Positions 9,918 to 19,694 of a DNA stretch of 64,000 nucleotides are shown here, one piece after another. The notes below the pieces were generated by a model, which had not been told where the DNA came from, made no database searches, and saw only the letters and a list, made by a program, of their open reading frames with translations. Each line of letters starts with the position of its first letter. Position 1 is the first letter of the stretch. The translations under genes were made by a program, and so were the position numbers. Source of the DNA: a bacterium (GTDB taxonomy: Bacteria > SAR324 > NAC60-12); contig CBDBHR010000025.1 in the NCBI GenBank assembly GCA_965205865.1, positions 32,001-96,000 of the forward strand, given 5' to 3'.

Positions 9918-10697
9918 CTACCAACAAGTGAATCCGCCATCGACAACCAGCACGCCACCTGTCATTAAACTGGAAGCTTCACTTCCCAGAAACAGGACTG
10001 CCGAGGCGATTTCGTGGGATTCGCCGATGCGATTCTGAGGAGTCGCTTCTTTCATTTTTGCCAGGATTTCCGGCCTTTCCAAGCCTTTCTTCGTCATATC
10101 CGTCGCAATATAAGTAGGGGCAACCGCATTGACCCGCACGCCCCGGCTGGCCCATTCGACGGCCAGGCATTTAGTCAGTTGGTGAACGGCAGCTTTGCTG
10201 GCATTGTAGGCGGCTTGGGAGAACCCATTGTTGACAACGATGCCGGACATGGAACCCAGATTTACAATACTGCCCCGCTCTTGCGCAAGCATGATATTTC
10301 CAAAAGCCCGGCAACACCAAAATACGCTGTTGAGATTGATGTCGATCGTTTTATTCCAACTCTCATCCTGCAGGGCTTCACCTCTTATGCCGTTCCCCCC
10401 AATGCCTTGACTGTTGACCACAATATCCACCTTTTGATACGTTTGTTGGATGGTAGCTGCCAGGGAATCGACCTGCCGGGTGCTGGTCAGATCCACAATA
10501 TGCGCCGTCGCCTCCACTTTTCTTTCCTCACGCAATCGTTGGGCGGAGGCTTCGACTTCCGGTAAGATGTCGCTCAATACCAGAGCGGCGCCACATTCTG
10601 CAAACGCTTCTGCGCAGGCATAACCGATTCCGCGGGCGCCACCATTGATGACGACGACTTTGCCGGTGAGTTTATATTTTTCCAAATACATAAGCAT
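9918..10697 (-). CDS. SDR family oxidoreductase (polyol/sugar dehydrogenase-like)
   Basis: GGARGIG, GSMSGIVVN..QAAYNASK, VAPTYIAT, VDGGFTCW. Confidence 0.9.
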   Translation of the reverse strand: MLMYLEKYKLTGKVVVINGGARGIGYACAEAFAECGAALVLSDILPEVEASAQRLREERKVEATAHIVDLTSTRQVDSLAATIQQTYQKVDIVVNSQGIGGNGIRGEALQDESWNKTIDINLNSVFWCCRAFGNIMLAQERGSIVNLGSMSGIVVNNGFSQAAYNASKAAVHQLTKCLAVEWASRGVRVNAVAPTYIATDMTKKGLERPEILAKMKEATPQNRIGESHEIASAVLFLGSEASSLMTGGVLVVDGGFTCW

Positions 10698-10914
10698 TCC
10701 TTATTTGTTAATTGGTTGACTTTGTTTTTCTATTTCAGTCCTTCCTGGTTCGAGAAAGATTCCAGGAAAATACCAGACAATGCATTTACCGGATCCCGAA
10801 TCGAGTCCGGGATGACAAACTATTGATATCATTAATTATTCTAAAAACAACAACAAATATCACCTCCTTCGGAATAATCGACGCGGAGTAATTCGAATCC
10901 AATTGATTGGAGAC

Positions 10915-11718
10915 TCAGATCTTTGCGGCAACTCCACCATCGACGTTGATGATCTCGGCAGTGAGGAAGCGTGATTCTTCGGATACCAGGAACAAGAAAA
11001 GATTGGCGACGTCCTCAGGGTAGCCGGGACCCGGAATAATCTGTGCCATCTTGAACATCTTCTCGAAAACATGATGCCCGCCGTCGGGATCGTTGATGGT
11101 TCCCCGAGTCGCACCGGGCGTCATGATTTGACCGGGACGTACGCAATTGACCCGGATGTTATGTTTACCCCCGACCCCGGCCATGTAACGGGTCAGCGCA
11201 TCGACTCCCGCTTTTGCCGCGTAGTAAGCCGGTGCGGCAGTACCGAATTCCTCGCGCATCCAGGGGCTGAAACCCCGCTGAGCGGCGAGTGACGACATGT
11301 TCACAACGGCACCGCCACCGGCTGCCACGAGGTGTGGCCAAACAGCGCGTGAAACATAGAACGTGCCGTTCAGATTGATATCGATAACATAGTTCCAATC
11401 TTCGTCGGACATGTTGGGGAAGTCTCCCGCAGCCCCTCCACCGGCATTGTTGATCAATATGTCTATGGTACCGTAAGCTTTGGCCGCTTCCGCCGCTGCC
11501 GAATCGACTGAGCCGACGTTGCTCACGTCACAGGCGATGAAAGTGGCCTCTCCACCTTCCTCGCTAACAGCTTTTTCAACTCTCGCCCCTTCCTCTTCCC
11601 GCCTGGCCATAATCACGACTTTGGCCCCTTCCCTGGCAAAAAGATGGACCGTCGCTTCACCAATCCCGCTGTTGCCTCCCGTGACAATCGCGACCTTGTT
11701 TTTCAATCGTTGTGTCAT
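10915..11718 (-). CDS. SDR family oxidoreductase
   Basis: VTGGNSGIG, INNAG, YYAAK, VDGG. Confidence 0.92.
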   Translation of the reverse strand: MTQRLKNKVAIVTGGNSGIGEATVHLFAREGAKVVIMARREEEGARVEKAVSEEGGEATFIACDVSNVGSVDSAAAEAAKAYGTIDILINNAGGGAAGDFPNMSDEDWNYVIDINLNGTFYVSRAVWPHLVAAGGGAVVNMSSLAAQRGFSPWMREEFGTAAPAYYAAKAGVDALTRYMAGVGGKHNIRVNCVRPGQIMTPGATRGTINDPDGGHHVFEKMFKMAQIIPGPGYPEDVANLFLFLVSEESRFLTAEIINVDGGVAAKI

Positions 11719-11831
11719 CTTCTTCCTCCAATCTTGCTGTTTGTCATTGTACCGTTATAAAAATTTTTGATTTTATCCATCACGTTCACTTCTCGTCCAC
11801 CTTTCTCGATAGAAAAGCAGGTGGGACTATT

Positions 11832-11860
11832 TGTATAAATTCTTTGCAAGCACCTGTCAA
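11832..11860 (-). promoter_or_regulatory. Putative sigma70 promoter for the SDR gene
   Basis: TTGACA-17 nt-TATACA on the minus strand. Confidence 0.55.
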
Positions 11861-11919
11861 CAAGAATTTGGGGATCTTCGCAGGTTCCTGCAATTCGAAG
11901 CAACAATTTCCCCAAGACT

Positions 11920-12076
11920 TTAGGAACAAACCTTAAATAACCTGTAATTCTTCCAATGGTGTGAGCAAAATTGGGGGACATGTACAGCGGCATCCCAACT
12001 CTACTGTTTTATGCCTGCTGTTACCTGTCCCCTAATTTTGCGTATCCATACTTCTAACTTATTTAAATTTCATTAG
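11920..12076. mobile_element. MITE copy 1 (~155 bp)
   Basis: Near-identical reverse complement of 15592-15754; imperfect TIRs and internal IR GCAAAATTRGGGGACA / TGTCCCCYAATTTTGC. Confidence 0.8.
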
Positions 12077-12092
12077 TGTCGATAGTATAATC

Positions 12093-13788
12093 CCTAAATC
12101 CTGCAATTAGATGACAATCAAACATGGAAATGGTAATATACTCAAATAGTTAACAGCAGAATCAACATTTTAAGAGATCACCATTACCATGAAAAACAAA
12201 GGTAGCGCAAGATCGGCAAGAACGACAGCAAAAAACATCCATATCAGCCAGGGAGGCAGAGACCTGACCGCGCAAGCAGGCTTGATTCCGGTTGTCAAAT
12301 TTTTTCACAAAGAAGGGATTGTTTCAAAGACAGAGCAGACCGTAGATCATCGGCGTGGCGCCACGGGTCTTTATGACGCGGTGGACATGGTCATTTTGTC
12401 GGTGGTCGGCATTGTTGGTGGCGCCCGTTCGATTCGTTCGATTGTGACAGTTTGGAACGACCGTGTTTTGAGTCGTGTGGCCGGTTGGCTGAGGATTCCG
12501 GATGAAACCACATTCGGCCGGATACTGCGTACTTTCACACAGAAAAACATCAATGAGATGGAGAGCTTGAACCATCGGATTCGAGCCGGTATCTGGCGTA
12601 AGGCGCTTCGAAGTGGGACAAGCATCGTTGGGGTGTTACACTGTCTTGTGATTGACGTGGACTCCACTGTGAAAACGGCCTACGGCAAGCAGCAAGGAGT
12701 GTCTGTCGGATATAATCCCCACAAACGCGGTGCAGCTTCGTATCATCCTCTGCTGGCATTTTGCGCAGAGACAAAGGAGATTCTTCAGGGTTGGCTTCGT
12801 GATGGGAGTGCCTATACCAGCAATGGAGTCGTTGAATTCATGCGGCAACTTCTCGCTCACCTTCCAAATCGGACTCGCACTCTGTTTCGTGGAGACAGTG
12901 GTTTTTTTGTGGGGGATTTGCTGGATTTCCTCGAAGAACGAGGCCATGGCTATCTGATCAAGGTCAAACTCAAGGGGCTTGTCTCGTTGTTGGAAACCCA
13001 AAAATGGCAAAAAGTGAAGGGGCAGCCCGCTTGGGAAGGGTGTGAGTTTTCCCACCAATGTGAAACTTGGAGGAGGTCAAGAAAATTCATGGCCGTACGC
13101 AGGGAGAAAGAGGAGGAACTCAAAGGGATGGCCACCCTCTTTGAGATGAAGGAGTACGATTATTTTTGTTATGTTCTCACTGACGCGCTCACTCCCTGGC
13201 AGGCTCACAAAGAGTATGGCCAAAGGGCGGTCGCTGAGACATGGATTGAGGAAGCAAAAAATCAAACTGCGCTGGCTCAGATTAAAACCGACGATTTTTG
13301 GGCCAACAGTGCCTTGTTCCAATGCGCGATACTCGCTTACAACACGCTGCGCTGGATGGCCCTTTGTAGTGGTAACGCAATACTGCGCCGTTGGGAACCG
13401 GCCACCATGCGCACCTATCTTGTCCGAATGGCAGGAAAATGGACGAGTGGCGCTCGTCAACAAAAACTGAGAGTTCCGGAAAGAACACTTTACAATGCTC
13501 AATGGGATGCATGGGTCGCTGTTGGAGAGACCTGGATCCTTTGTTTCACTCCAGTGGATACATTTTGCTGAGATGTAGATTCCCAAATCCAGGGAGAAGT
13601 ACGTCTTGAATCTTGTGCCCGCGAAAGCGGGTATCAGATCATCACAAAATATGACGATCTAATGGAGGGCGGAAAAACCTTTATGAGCAAGGACTGATGG
13701 AAATTCAACTCTCAAATCCTTTTTTTTAAAAAAACCTCTCAAAGAGTGGGGGGAAACTCAATCAAAATATTCAATTGCAGGATTTAGG
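12093..13788 (+). mobile_element. IS1380 family insertion sequence, intact
   Basis: Perfect 16-bp TIRs CCTAAATCCTGCAATT / AATTGCAGGATTTAGG; 5-bp target duplication TAATC at 12088-12092 and 13789-13793. Confidence 0.95.
12189..13571 (+). CDS. IS1380 family DDE transposase
   Basis: IDVDST, YHPLLAF, RGDSGF and Y..RAVAETWIEEAK motifs. Confidence 0.93.
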   Translation: MKNKGSARSARTTAKNIHISQGGRDLTAQAGLIPVVKFFHKEGIVSKTEQTVDHRRGATGLYDAVDMVILSVVGIVGGARSIRSIVTVWNDRVLSRVAGWLRIPDETTFGRILRTFTQKNINEMESLNHRIRAGIWRKALRSGTSIVGVLHCLVIDVDSTVKTAYGKQQGVSVGYNPHKRGAASYHPLLAFCAETKEILQGWLRDGSAYTSNGVVEFMRQLLAHLPNRTRTLFRGDSGFFVGDLLDFLEERGHGYLIKVKLKGLVSLLETQKWQKVKGQPAWEGCEFSHQCETWRRSRKFMAVRREKEEELKGMATLFEMKEYDYFCYVLTDALTPWQAHKEYGQRAVAETWIEEAKNQTALAQIKTDDFWANSALFQCAILAYNTLRWMALCSGNAILRRWEPATMRTYLVRMAGKWTSGARQQKLRVPERTLYNAQWDAWVAVGETWILCFTPVDTFC

Positions 13789-13791
13789 TAA

Positions 13792-14646
13792 TCAATAAAA
13801 GGCGGCCATGACAGGTTTATGGTCCGAACCCGAGGCTTCCTCCATCACTCGCATTTCCTGCAAAGCATTGGCAAATCCATCGCTTGCGAAAATGTAATCC
13901 ACCCTTTTTGGACTTTTAGCAAAGAAAGTCAAACCCGTTTTCTCACCATGATGCAGCGTCCACAGGTCCACAAAGCGATTGACAAAGCCTTGGTTGGTTT
14001 CTGCTGTCCCAATCATTATTTCATATTCTTCGCAGTCCGCAGTCATGTTGAAATCTCCGAGAATCAGCGTATCTTGAGGAATATCCTGCGCAAGGTCGGA
14101 AAGCTCCCAGAGATCATTTTCTGGGCCAGTCATTGCGCCTCCTTGAACTCTGCCGATATTAATAATTTTTTTTAATGCGATGACTTGTTCCAATCGCTCG
14201 TTGTCAGATGAATGACTCAGGTGGGTGCACAACAGCCTGATTCGCTTTTCCGGAGTCTTGATGACAGCGTCTATCGCAGAGCGTTGCAGACAGAGCCGAT
14301 CTATAAAATTTTGCTTAGGCAACATATGTACTCGGGCCTGCTCGATGGGCCAACGCGAAATGATCATATTGCCGAATTGTCTTCTGCGATTTTGTATTTT
14401 GTTGTCTTGAAGACGAATACTGGCATCGACATCGAGCGCTGGTCCAAAAAAAATGTAACGATCTTCGAATAATTCACTCAATCGTTTTACCTGATCCTCC
14501 ATTCCTGTACGTTGCCACCATCTGTCAATTTCCTGTAAGCCGATTACGTCGCAATGTCGGACTTCCCCGGCAATACGATCGACACTGGTTTCTCCGTCCA
14601 AACCCGTACAATATTGCGTGTTGTAGGTTACGATGCTTAATTTCAT
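13792..14646 (-). CDS. Endonuclease/exonuclease/phosphatase family protein
   Basis: VTYN, GLQE, THL, GDFN, RVDYIF and GSDHKP motifs. Confidence 0.9.
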   Translation of the reverse strand: MKLSIVTYNTQYCTGLDGETSVDRIAGEVRHCDVIGLQEIDRWWQRTGMEDQVKRLSELFEDRYIFFGPALDVDASIRLQDNKIQNRRRQFGNMIISRWPIEQARVHMLPKQNFIDRLCLQRSAIDAVIKTPEKRIRLLCTHLSHSSDNERLEQVIALKKIINIGRVQGGAMTGPENDLWELSDLAQDIPQDTLILGDFNMTADCEEYEIMIGTAETNQGFVNRFVDLWTLHHGEKTGLTFFAKSPKRVDYIFASDGFANALQEMRVMEEASGSDHKPVMAAFY

Positions 14647-15041
14647 TTTAATCCCCTTTGGCAATGTGGTTCACACCCACTCACTGTCCAAATACGAATG
14701 ATCGATTTTGACTGCTCGACTTTAAATATTTTTCCTCCATGCTCTTGATTTTCCAAGGCAAATCACAGTCTGCTCGAAACATACTTTTTTCTCATAAAAC
14801 GGTGGAGTAGTTAAATCAGTTCGATAATTTCCACTCAATGGAAACAACTGCCATTATTGCACGAGAGGAGACAATGGAGAAACAGGAATCTTGTCCGAAA
14901 AAGGTAATGGCTCTCCTCTTTTTCCATAAAAAATTGCGAGCGCTGATAATTGGAGTGAGATTCTTGTGTCGAACTGTTAAAAAGATGCGAGGTGGAATAA
15001 CATGGGATGGTTTCGGGAGTCTCGTTGAAGAGGAAACAATC

Positions 15042-15527
15042 ATGAATCAAGTACGTATTGAATGGGCTACCGAGGATGACGCGCAGTTGCTCATGTCACT
15101 CATCAGGGATCTCGCGGCTTACGAAAAGTTGTCGCACGACGTCATTGCGACTGAAGCTGACCTCAGACGCGCGTTGTTTAGCGAACCACCTGCCGTTGAG
15201 GCGTTGATTGCCCGAGTCGAAGACGAAGCTGTTGGTTTCGCCTTATTTTTTCACAATTTTTCCACATTCCAGGGGCGGCGAGGCCTCTATCTCGAGGATC
15301 TGTTCGTCAAGCCAGAATCACGCGGAAAAGGATACGGACGTCAACTGCTCATAAAGCTCGCCCGGATTGCGGTGGAGCGTGATTGTGGCAGGATGGAATG
15401 GTCGGTCTTGAATTGGAACGAGTTGGCAAAGAAGTCGTATCGAAAGGTCGGAGCCCGGCCCTTGGACGACTGGTCCGTCTGGCGTCTTTCGGGGGAAGAT
15501 CTCGAAATGCTCGCCGAATCAGACTGA
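15042..15527 (+). CDS. GNAT N-acetyltransferase (spermidine/diamine acetyltransferase-like)
   Basis: LAAYEK, FSTFQGRRGLYLEDLFV..RGKGYG, MEWSVLNWN; GAGG RBS. Confidence 0.92.
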   Translation: MNQVRIEWATEDDAQLLMSLIRDLAAYEKLSHDVIATEADLRRALFSEPPAVEALIARVEDEAVGFALFFHNFSTFQGRRGLYLEDLFVKPESRGKGYGRQLLIKLARIAVERDCGRMEWSVLNWNELAKKSYRKVGARPLDDWSVWRLSGEDLEMLAESD

Positions 15528-15591
15528 GCCTGAATCAATGGCAAGACTCGCCAGGCACTCTCGCGCTCACGATCCGAGCTTGGTCTTTACT

Positions 15592-15754
15592 AAGGAATGA
15601 AATTTAAATAAGTTAGAAGTATGGATACGCAAAATTAGGGGACACGTAACAGCAGGCATAAAACAGTAGAGTTGGGATGCGCAGCGGTGTACATGTCCCC
15701 CAATTTTGCTCACACCATTGAAAGAATTACAGGTTATTTAAGGTTTGTTCCTAA
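15592..15754. mobile_element. MITE copy 2 (inverted relative to copy 1)
   Basis: AAGGAATGAAATTTAAATAA ... TTATTTAAGGTTTGTTCCTAA; matches 11920-12076. Confidence 0.8.
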
Positions 15755-15777
15755 GGCAATTTGAAAAATATTTATTG

Positions 15778-16161
15778 TCATTGTGAAGCTACGAATCCTC
15801 CAATTATTGCCAATATCGGTTTGAGTTTTTTTTGAATTGGATCGACGTCAACTCCGAAATTCTCCAAGGCAGTTGCGCCAAGCAAAAAGAGAGAGCCCTT
15901 TGGAGCGAAAATTATTGGACAAGGAATCGTGCCTTCAAGTTCTTCAATTTGGAAATCGCAGAAACCCAATAGTCTTGTATCTTGTCGACCATCTGCAAGA
16001 ATTAAACTCCGTTTCGCCGATGGTTCTACCTCTATTTTTTCAAGATAATTTTCCGGCGCAAAAGAATAAAGCGCGCCTGTATCTACCCAAAAATCTTCTT
16101 CAAAAAACAGGTTGGGATTCTTGCTATTTGATAATTTTATTTTCTTTTTGAACATACCCAT
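15778..16161 (-). CDS. Clan AA (retropepsin-like) aspartyl protease
   Basis: VDTGA catalytic motif, LADGR and LLGATALE. Confidence 0.85.
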   Translation of the reverse strand: MGMFKKKIKLSNSKNPNLFFEEDFWVDTGALYSFAPENYLEKIEVEPSAKRSLILADGRQDTRLLGFCDFQIEELEGTIPCPIIFAPKGSLFLLGATALENFGVDVDPIQKKLKPILAIIGGFVASQ

Positions 16162-16320
16162 ATTACTCCTCCTTGCATACCAGATTTGTTGCTACAACAA
16201 ATTATTACAATAATATCAGTATGTTAATATTTTAAACAGTCTCTTTATTTCTCCTGTTTATCCAATAGAATTGAATATATCGTAATTTCCTTTGGCGGAA
16301 AAATACAAAAAAACGCGAGA

Positions 16321-16464
16321 CTAAACAACTCAAGGGATATACGCCTGAGAATGCCTATTCATATCCATAAAGGGATTACGGACCGCGCACGAAAAGAAGG
16401 AAAAAGTTTGAATAGATGGATCAATGAGAAGCTGGAGGCCGTCATTGCTCAAGAGTTGTCATGA
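16321..16464 (+). pseudogene. HicB-like ribbon-helix-helix C-terminal fragment
   Basis: Reads IRLRMPIHIHKGITDRARKEGKSLNRWINEKL; no convincing upstream start. Confidence 0.55.
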
Positions 16465-16472
16465 TAAAAATT

Positions 16473-16502
16473 GTGGGAGGGCAGCGGCCGCTGCCCTCCC
16501 AC
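16473..16502. terminator. Perfect 30-bp palindrome between convergent genes
   Basis: GTGGGAGGGCAGCGGCCGCTGCCCTCCCAC is its own reverse complement. Confidence 0.55.
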
Positions 16503-16519
16503 CGTTGTTAGGCAATAAT

Positions 16520-16693
16520 ACTAGTACTGCTTTCAGGAAATAGTTGACCCTTATTTCAGGATCAAATATTTAGTTTGATTTGTCATTCTTGGCTTACCCG
16601 GGAATCCAGGGGACCTACCAAAATACTCCTAGATCCCGGATCAAGCCCGGGATGACACAGAAAGGGTCAGTTACTTTGTAACACTTGTACTAG
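16520..16693. mobile_element. MITE containing a REP-like doublet
   Basis: Imperfect TIRs CTAGTAC..AAATAGTTGACCC / GGGTCAGTTACT..GTACTAG; internal GTCATT..GGAATCC / GATCCCGG..GATGACA; similar copy at 27307-27442. Confidence 0.65.
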
Positions 16694-18477
16694 TAGCCCA
16701 TTTCTTTCTTCCTGGCGCTATCAATCCAGAGGCGGGCAAAGATGATATTACGATCCATGTCCCCCAGTTCGGTTTCCCCATTGTATCCAACAATCCACGG
16801 CTGGAAGGCGTGAAAGTGCGGAACGCGCCCCCCCCATAAATACCAGTGCTGACTATTAAAGTACATATCGATCGGTTTCGAAGCCCTCATCTGCTCCTCG
16901 AGGGTTGGAGCGGCTGACATCGCCGCATACATGGCGTCATAAATCGGATCTTTGACTTGGGCGACATTCCATGGTGAATCTACCACTGTGGCCAGCAGAC
17001 CCATCTGCCCCACGGGGTTCCACTCGTATCCCGAAATAAAAGCCATAAACTGCCCACTACCGTCCTGCAATTTGGCACCATAAGCAGGGCCATCCACTCC
17101 CTCGAGCTTGATCTCAACGCCAATCTTTTTCCAATATTCGACTGCGATTTGGTCATGCTCCAAACGGTTCTGGGTGAGACCATAATTCATAATGGCCTTG
17201 AATCGAGTACCGTCTGCGCCGCGGGGATAACCCGCCTCATCCAGAAGCTTCTCCGCCCCTTCCGGGTCATACGCATAGTATTTCTTGATCTCTTCAGGCC
17301 AATCCTCGAAATTGGTGACGTACCCGATAAAACCTTTCCCCAGAAACCCCTGGGGTGTCAAATCGGCGAGACCATTATGGAATCTATCGAAAGGGCCGTC
17401 TTTTCTAAGGTCCAGGGCCATCTGCATGGCGTGGCGCACTCGCACGTCGCTAAATGGCTTCTTTTGCGTGTTAAAAACCCAAGACGTCTCAGAGCGATAG
17501 GACATCGGCTCCAGCACGATTTCGGGATTGGTTTTCTTGAGGCTCATCACCTGGTCCATGGAGGTTAATTGACTGTAGCCGGCAGGCATGCCCAGCATAT
17601 CAACCTTCCGCGAGCGTAGTAAGGACAGCCGGGTTGCCGGGTCCGGTACGATCAGGCCCTTAAAACCGTCAAGGTAGGGCAATTTGTTCTCTGGATATTT
17701 TTCGTCGACATCCCAGTAGTTGGGATTCTTGACCCAAGTTATAGAGGAGCCCTCCACGATTTCCGTAATCTCAAAGGGACCGGTACCGACCAGGTTCCTC
17801 CAATCCTTCGCATCGCCATGTTCCTTGATTACCTCGGGGGCGTACATAAAATTCAAGTTAACCACTGCAGCTCCGAGAAAAAGGGGATCTACCTCCTTCA
17901 TCTTGAAGACAAGAGTATATTTGTCGGTGGCCTTTATTGATTCGAGCTTGCCCACATTGGCACCCCAATAGGAACTGTGTTCGCTGAAGCCGCTGCCTGT
18001 ACCCGTATAACGGTGATAGTTATATTCGGCATCAAAAGCGGTAAATTCTCTGCCATTCACCGGCGCCTTGTTTTGCCATTTAACCCCCTTGCGGATTTTG
18101 AAGACCATTGTGAGTGGGTCGGGCTGCTCCCAGCTCTCCGCCAGGTGTCCTGTATAGAGAGTCATAGGCTTGTAGGTTGTTCTGAAGTCGAATTGGTCCC
18201 TGGGCGTAGCCCAGTCCATGATACCCAGCTTCTCTAAAACACCGGCGACAACGGTTCCCGGGTGGTGATGGAACCACATGTCAACATGATTAGCATCTCC
18301 GACACTTGCCGTGGCCCAGGTGATGGTCCCGCCATACTCCGGCGCAACTACCATCTTGCCGGTCGTCGGGTCTTTGACCATCTCGGCTGCCCGGGCCGGA
18401 CCGACCCAGAGGGCGGCCGCCATCAGGGTGAGGGTTAGCAATAATGATGTGATTTTGCTTGGCATGATTTTTTTCAT
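16690..18477 (-). CDS. ABC transporter substrate-binding protein, family 5 (Opp/Dpp/Nik-like); SBP1
   Basis: Signal peptide ending in ARAA, HLAESWE, VGTGPF, NPNYW, PFSDVRVRHAM, AEKLLDEAGY. Confidence 0.92.
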   Translation of the reverse strand: MKKIMPSKITSLLLTLTLMAAALWVGPARAAEMVKDPTTGKMVVAPEYGGTITWATASVGDANHVDMWFHHHPGTVVAGVLEKLGIMDWATPRDQFDFRTTYKPMTLYTGHLAESWEQPDPLTMVFKIRKGVKWQNKAPVNGREFTAFDAEYNYHRYTGTGSGFSEHSSYWGANVGKLESIKATDKYTLVFKMKEVDPLFLGAAVVNLNFMYAPEVIKEHGDAKDWRNLVGTGPFEITEIVEGSSITWVKNPNYWDVDEKYPENKLPYLDGFKGLIVPDPATRLSLLRSRKVDMLGMPAGYSQLTSMDQVMSLKKTNPEIVLEPMSYRSETSWVFNTQKKPFSDVRVRHAMQMALDLRKDGPFDRFHNGLADLTPQGFLGKGFIGYVTNFEDWPEEIKKYYAYDPEGAEKLLDEAGYPRGADGTRFKAIMNYGLTQNRLEHDQIAVEYWKKIGVEIKLEGVDGPAYGAKLQDGSGQFMAFISGYEWNPVGQMGLLATVVDSPWNVAQVKDPIYDAMYAAMSAAPTLEEQMRASKPIDMYFNSQHWYLWGGRVPHFHAFQPWIVGYNGETELGDMDRNIIFARLWIDSARKKEMGY

Positions 18478-18695
18478 AATTCCTCTTATATTGAGATGCA
18501 ATAATAAAGATTCTCCACACCATTGAGAGAATCGGGCGAATTGAATTATTCTTGATTTTATTGTTTCCATCGTTTCCTCTTACAATTGAGGTGCAATAAA
18601 AAGATTCACCCGCCCTGGGGCGAATCGATTCCCCGCTTTCGCGAGGACAAGTTTTTGTACAGCAGACACGAAGTCTGCCACGGCAGGGTGCCCGT

Positions 18696-19240
18696 CGAGC
18701 GGGAACTCTCTCCTTCACTAAAACAACTCAGTGAAGGCACGACTTTAGCACTTCTGCTAGTCAACCTCAAGACCCTGACGTAAAAAAATGCAGGATTCGT
18801 AAAAAAAAAAATAAAAAATCCGTTTTCACTACATACAAAGTAACTATTCAGGTCTCTGAAAAACCGTTTAGTTCAATATCATTAAAAAAGATTCCCGGGG
18901 AGGATCAATCGTTTTCAATTCCTCTCACGATATTGTTCAATCAATCGGGAACCTTCTCTGTCACTAAAACAACTCAGTGATTGCATGATCCTAGCACAAC
19001 AACCCAATGTCAACCCCCCACAGCAAAATAAATGCGGGATTCGCAAAAAAAAACAATAAATCAATAAATCTGCTCAAATCCGGGGACAGTCAGAAGCCGT
19101 TCAGTTCAATAACGTTGAAAAAAGATTCCCGGCAAGGATCCATCGTTTTCACATCCTCCCGGGGTATTGTTCAATCGATCGAGCGGGAAAACTCTCTCAC
19201 TAAAACAACTTCAATGATGTCATGATTTTAGCACTACTAC
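18696..19240 (-). repeat. Diverged tandem repeat, ~2.3 units of ~240 bp
   Basis: CGGGAA..TCACTAAAACAACT..TAGCAC recurs at ~18696, 18946 and 19180. Confidence 0.85.
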
Positions 19241-19634
19241 GCGGCGCAAAGCTTATAGCAAGTTTGATCAGGAGAATTGCGCAATATAAGGAGGTCAGCT
19301 AAAAAAATATTTAGCGATCCATCTTCGGCATGAACCAAAAGAGGAGTCCTAATCGCTCTTGCTTCCATTGCTCTCGTTCTTATTCAAAGAGTTGACAGGC
19401 TTCTTGAAGAGCCCCGAGCTGGGGAGTCGATGAAATGGCATTTCGACGCTCCCTGGTTTTGGGCAGGATTTACGGGGCCTGGAATGGATATCAGGGACTA
19501 AGGATAGATGGCATGAAGAAGAAAAAAAGATAAATTTCAGTACGCCTTCTGCACCCAATTAGTGTTTCGGCTGGAAATTCCGAAAAAATCACAATATTTC
19601 TTTCTTTTTCTCCTTGCTTCTCTCCTTTTAAAAT

Positions 19635-19652
19635 TGTACATTATATTGTACA
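19635..19652. promoter_or_regulatory. YefM-type autoregulatory operator
   Basis: Two TGTACA palindromes (19635-19640, 19647-19652) 12 bp apart, as in the E. coli yefM-yoeB operator. Confidence 0.7.
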
Positions 19653-19694
19653 TTCAATTTTTTTTTTGATGACAAATTTTTCCAAAAGGAAACT

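Noticed and set aside
14838-15041. N-terminal extension of the GNAT ORF
   Set aside because: A good RBS and the domain start are at 15042; the upstream in-frame sequence looks incidental.
18742-18765. CIRCE (HrcA) operator from TTAGCACT
   Set aside because: Only a half-site; no matching GAGTGCTAA arm at 9-bp spacing.
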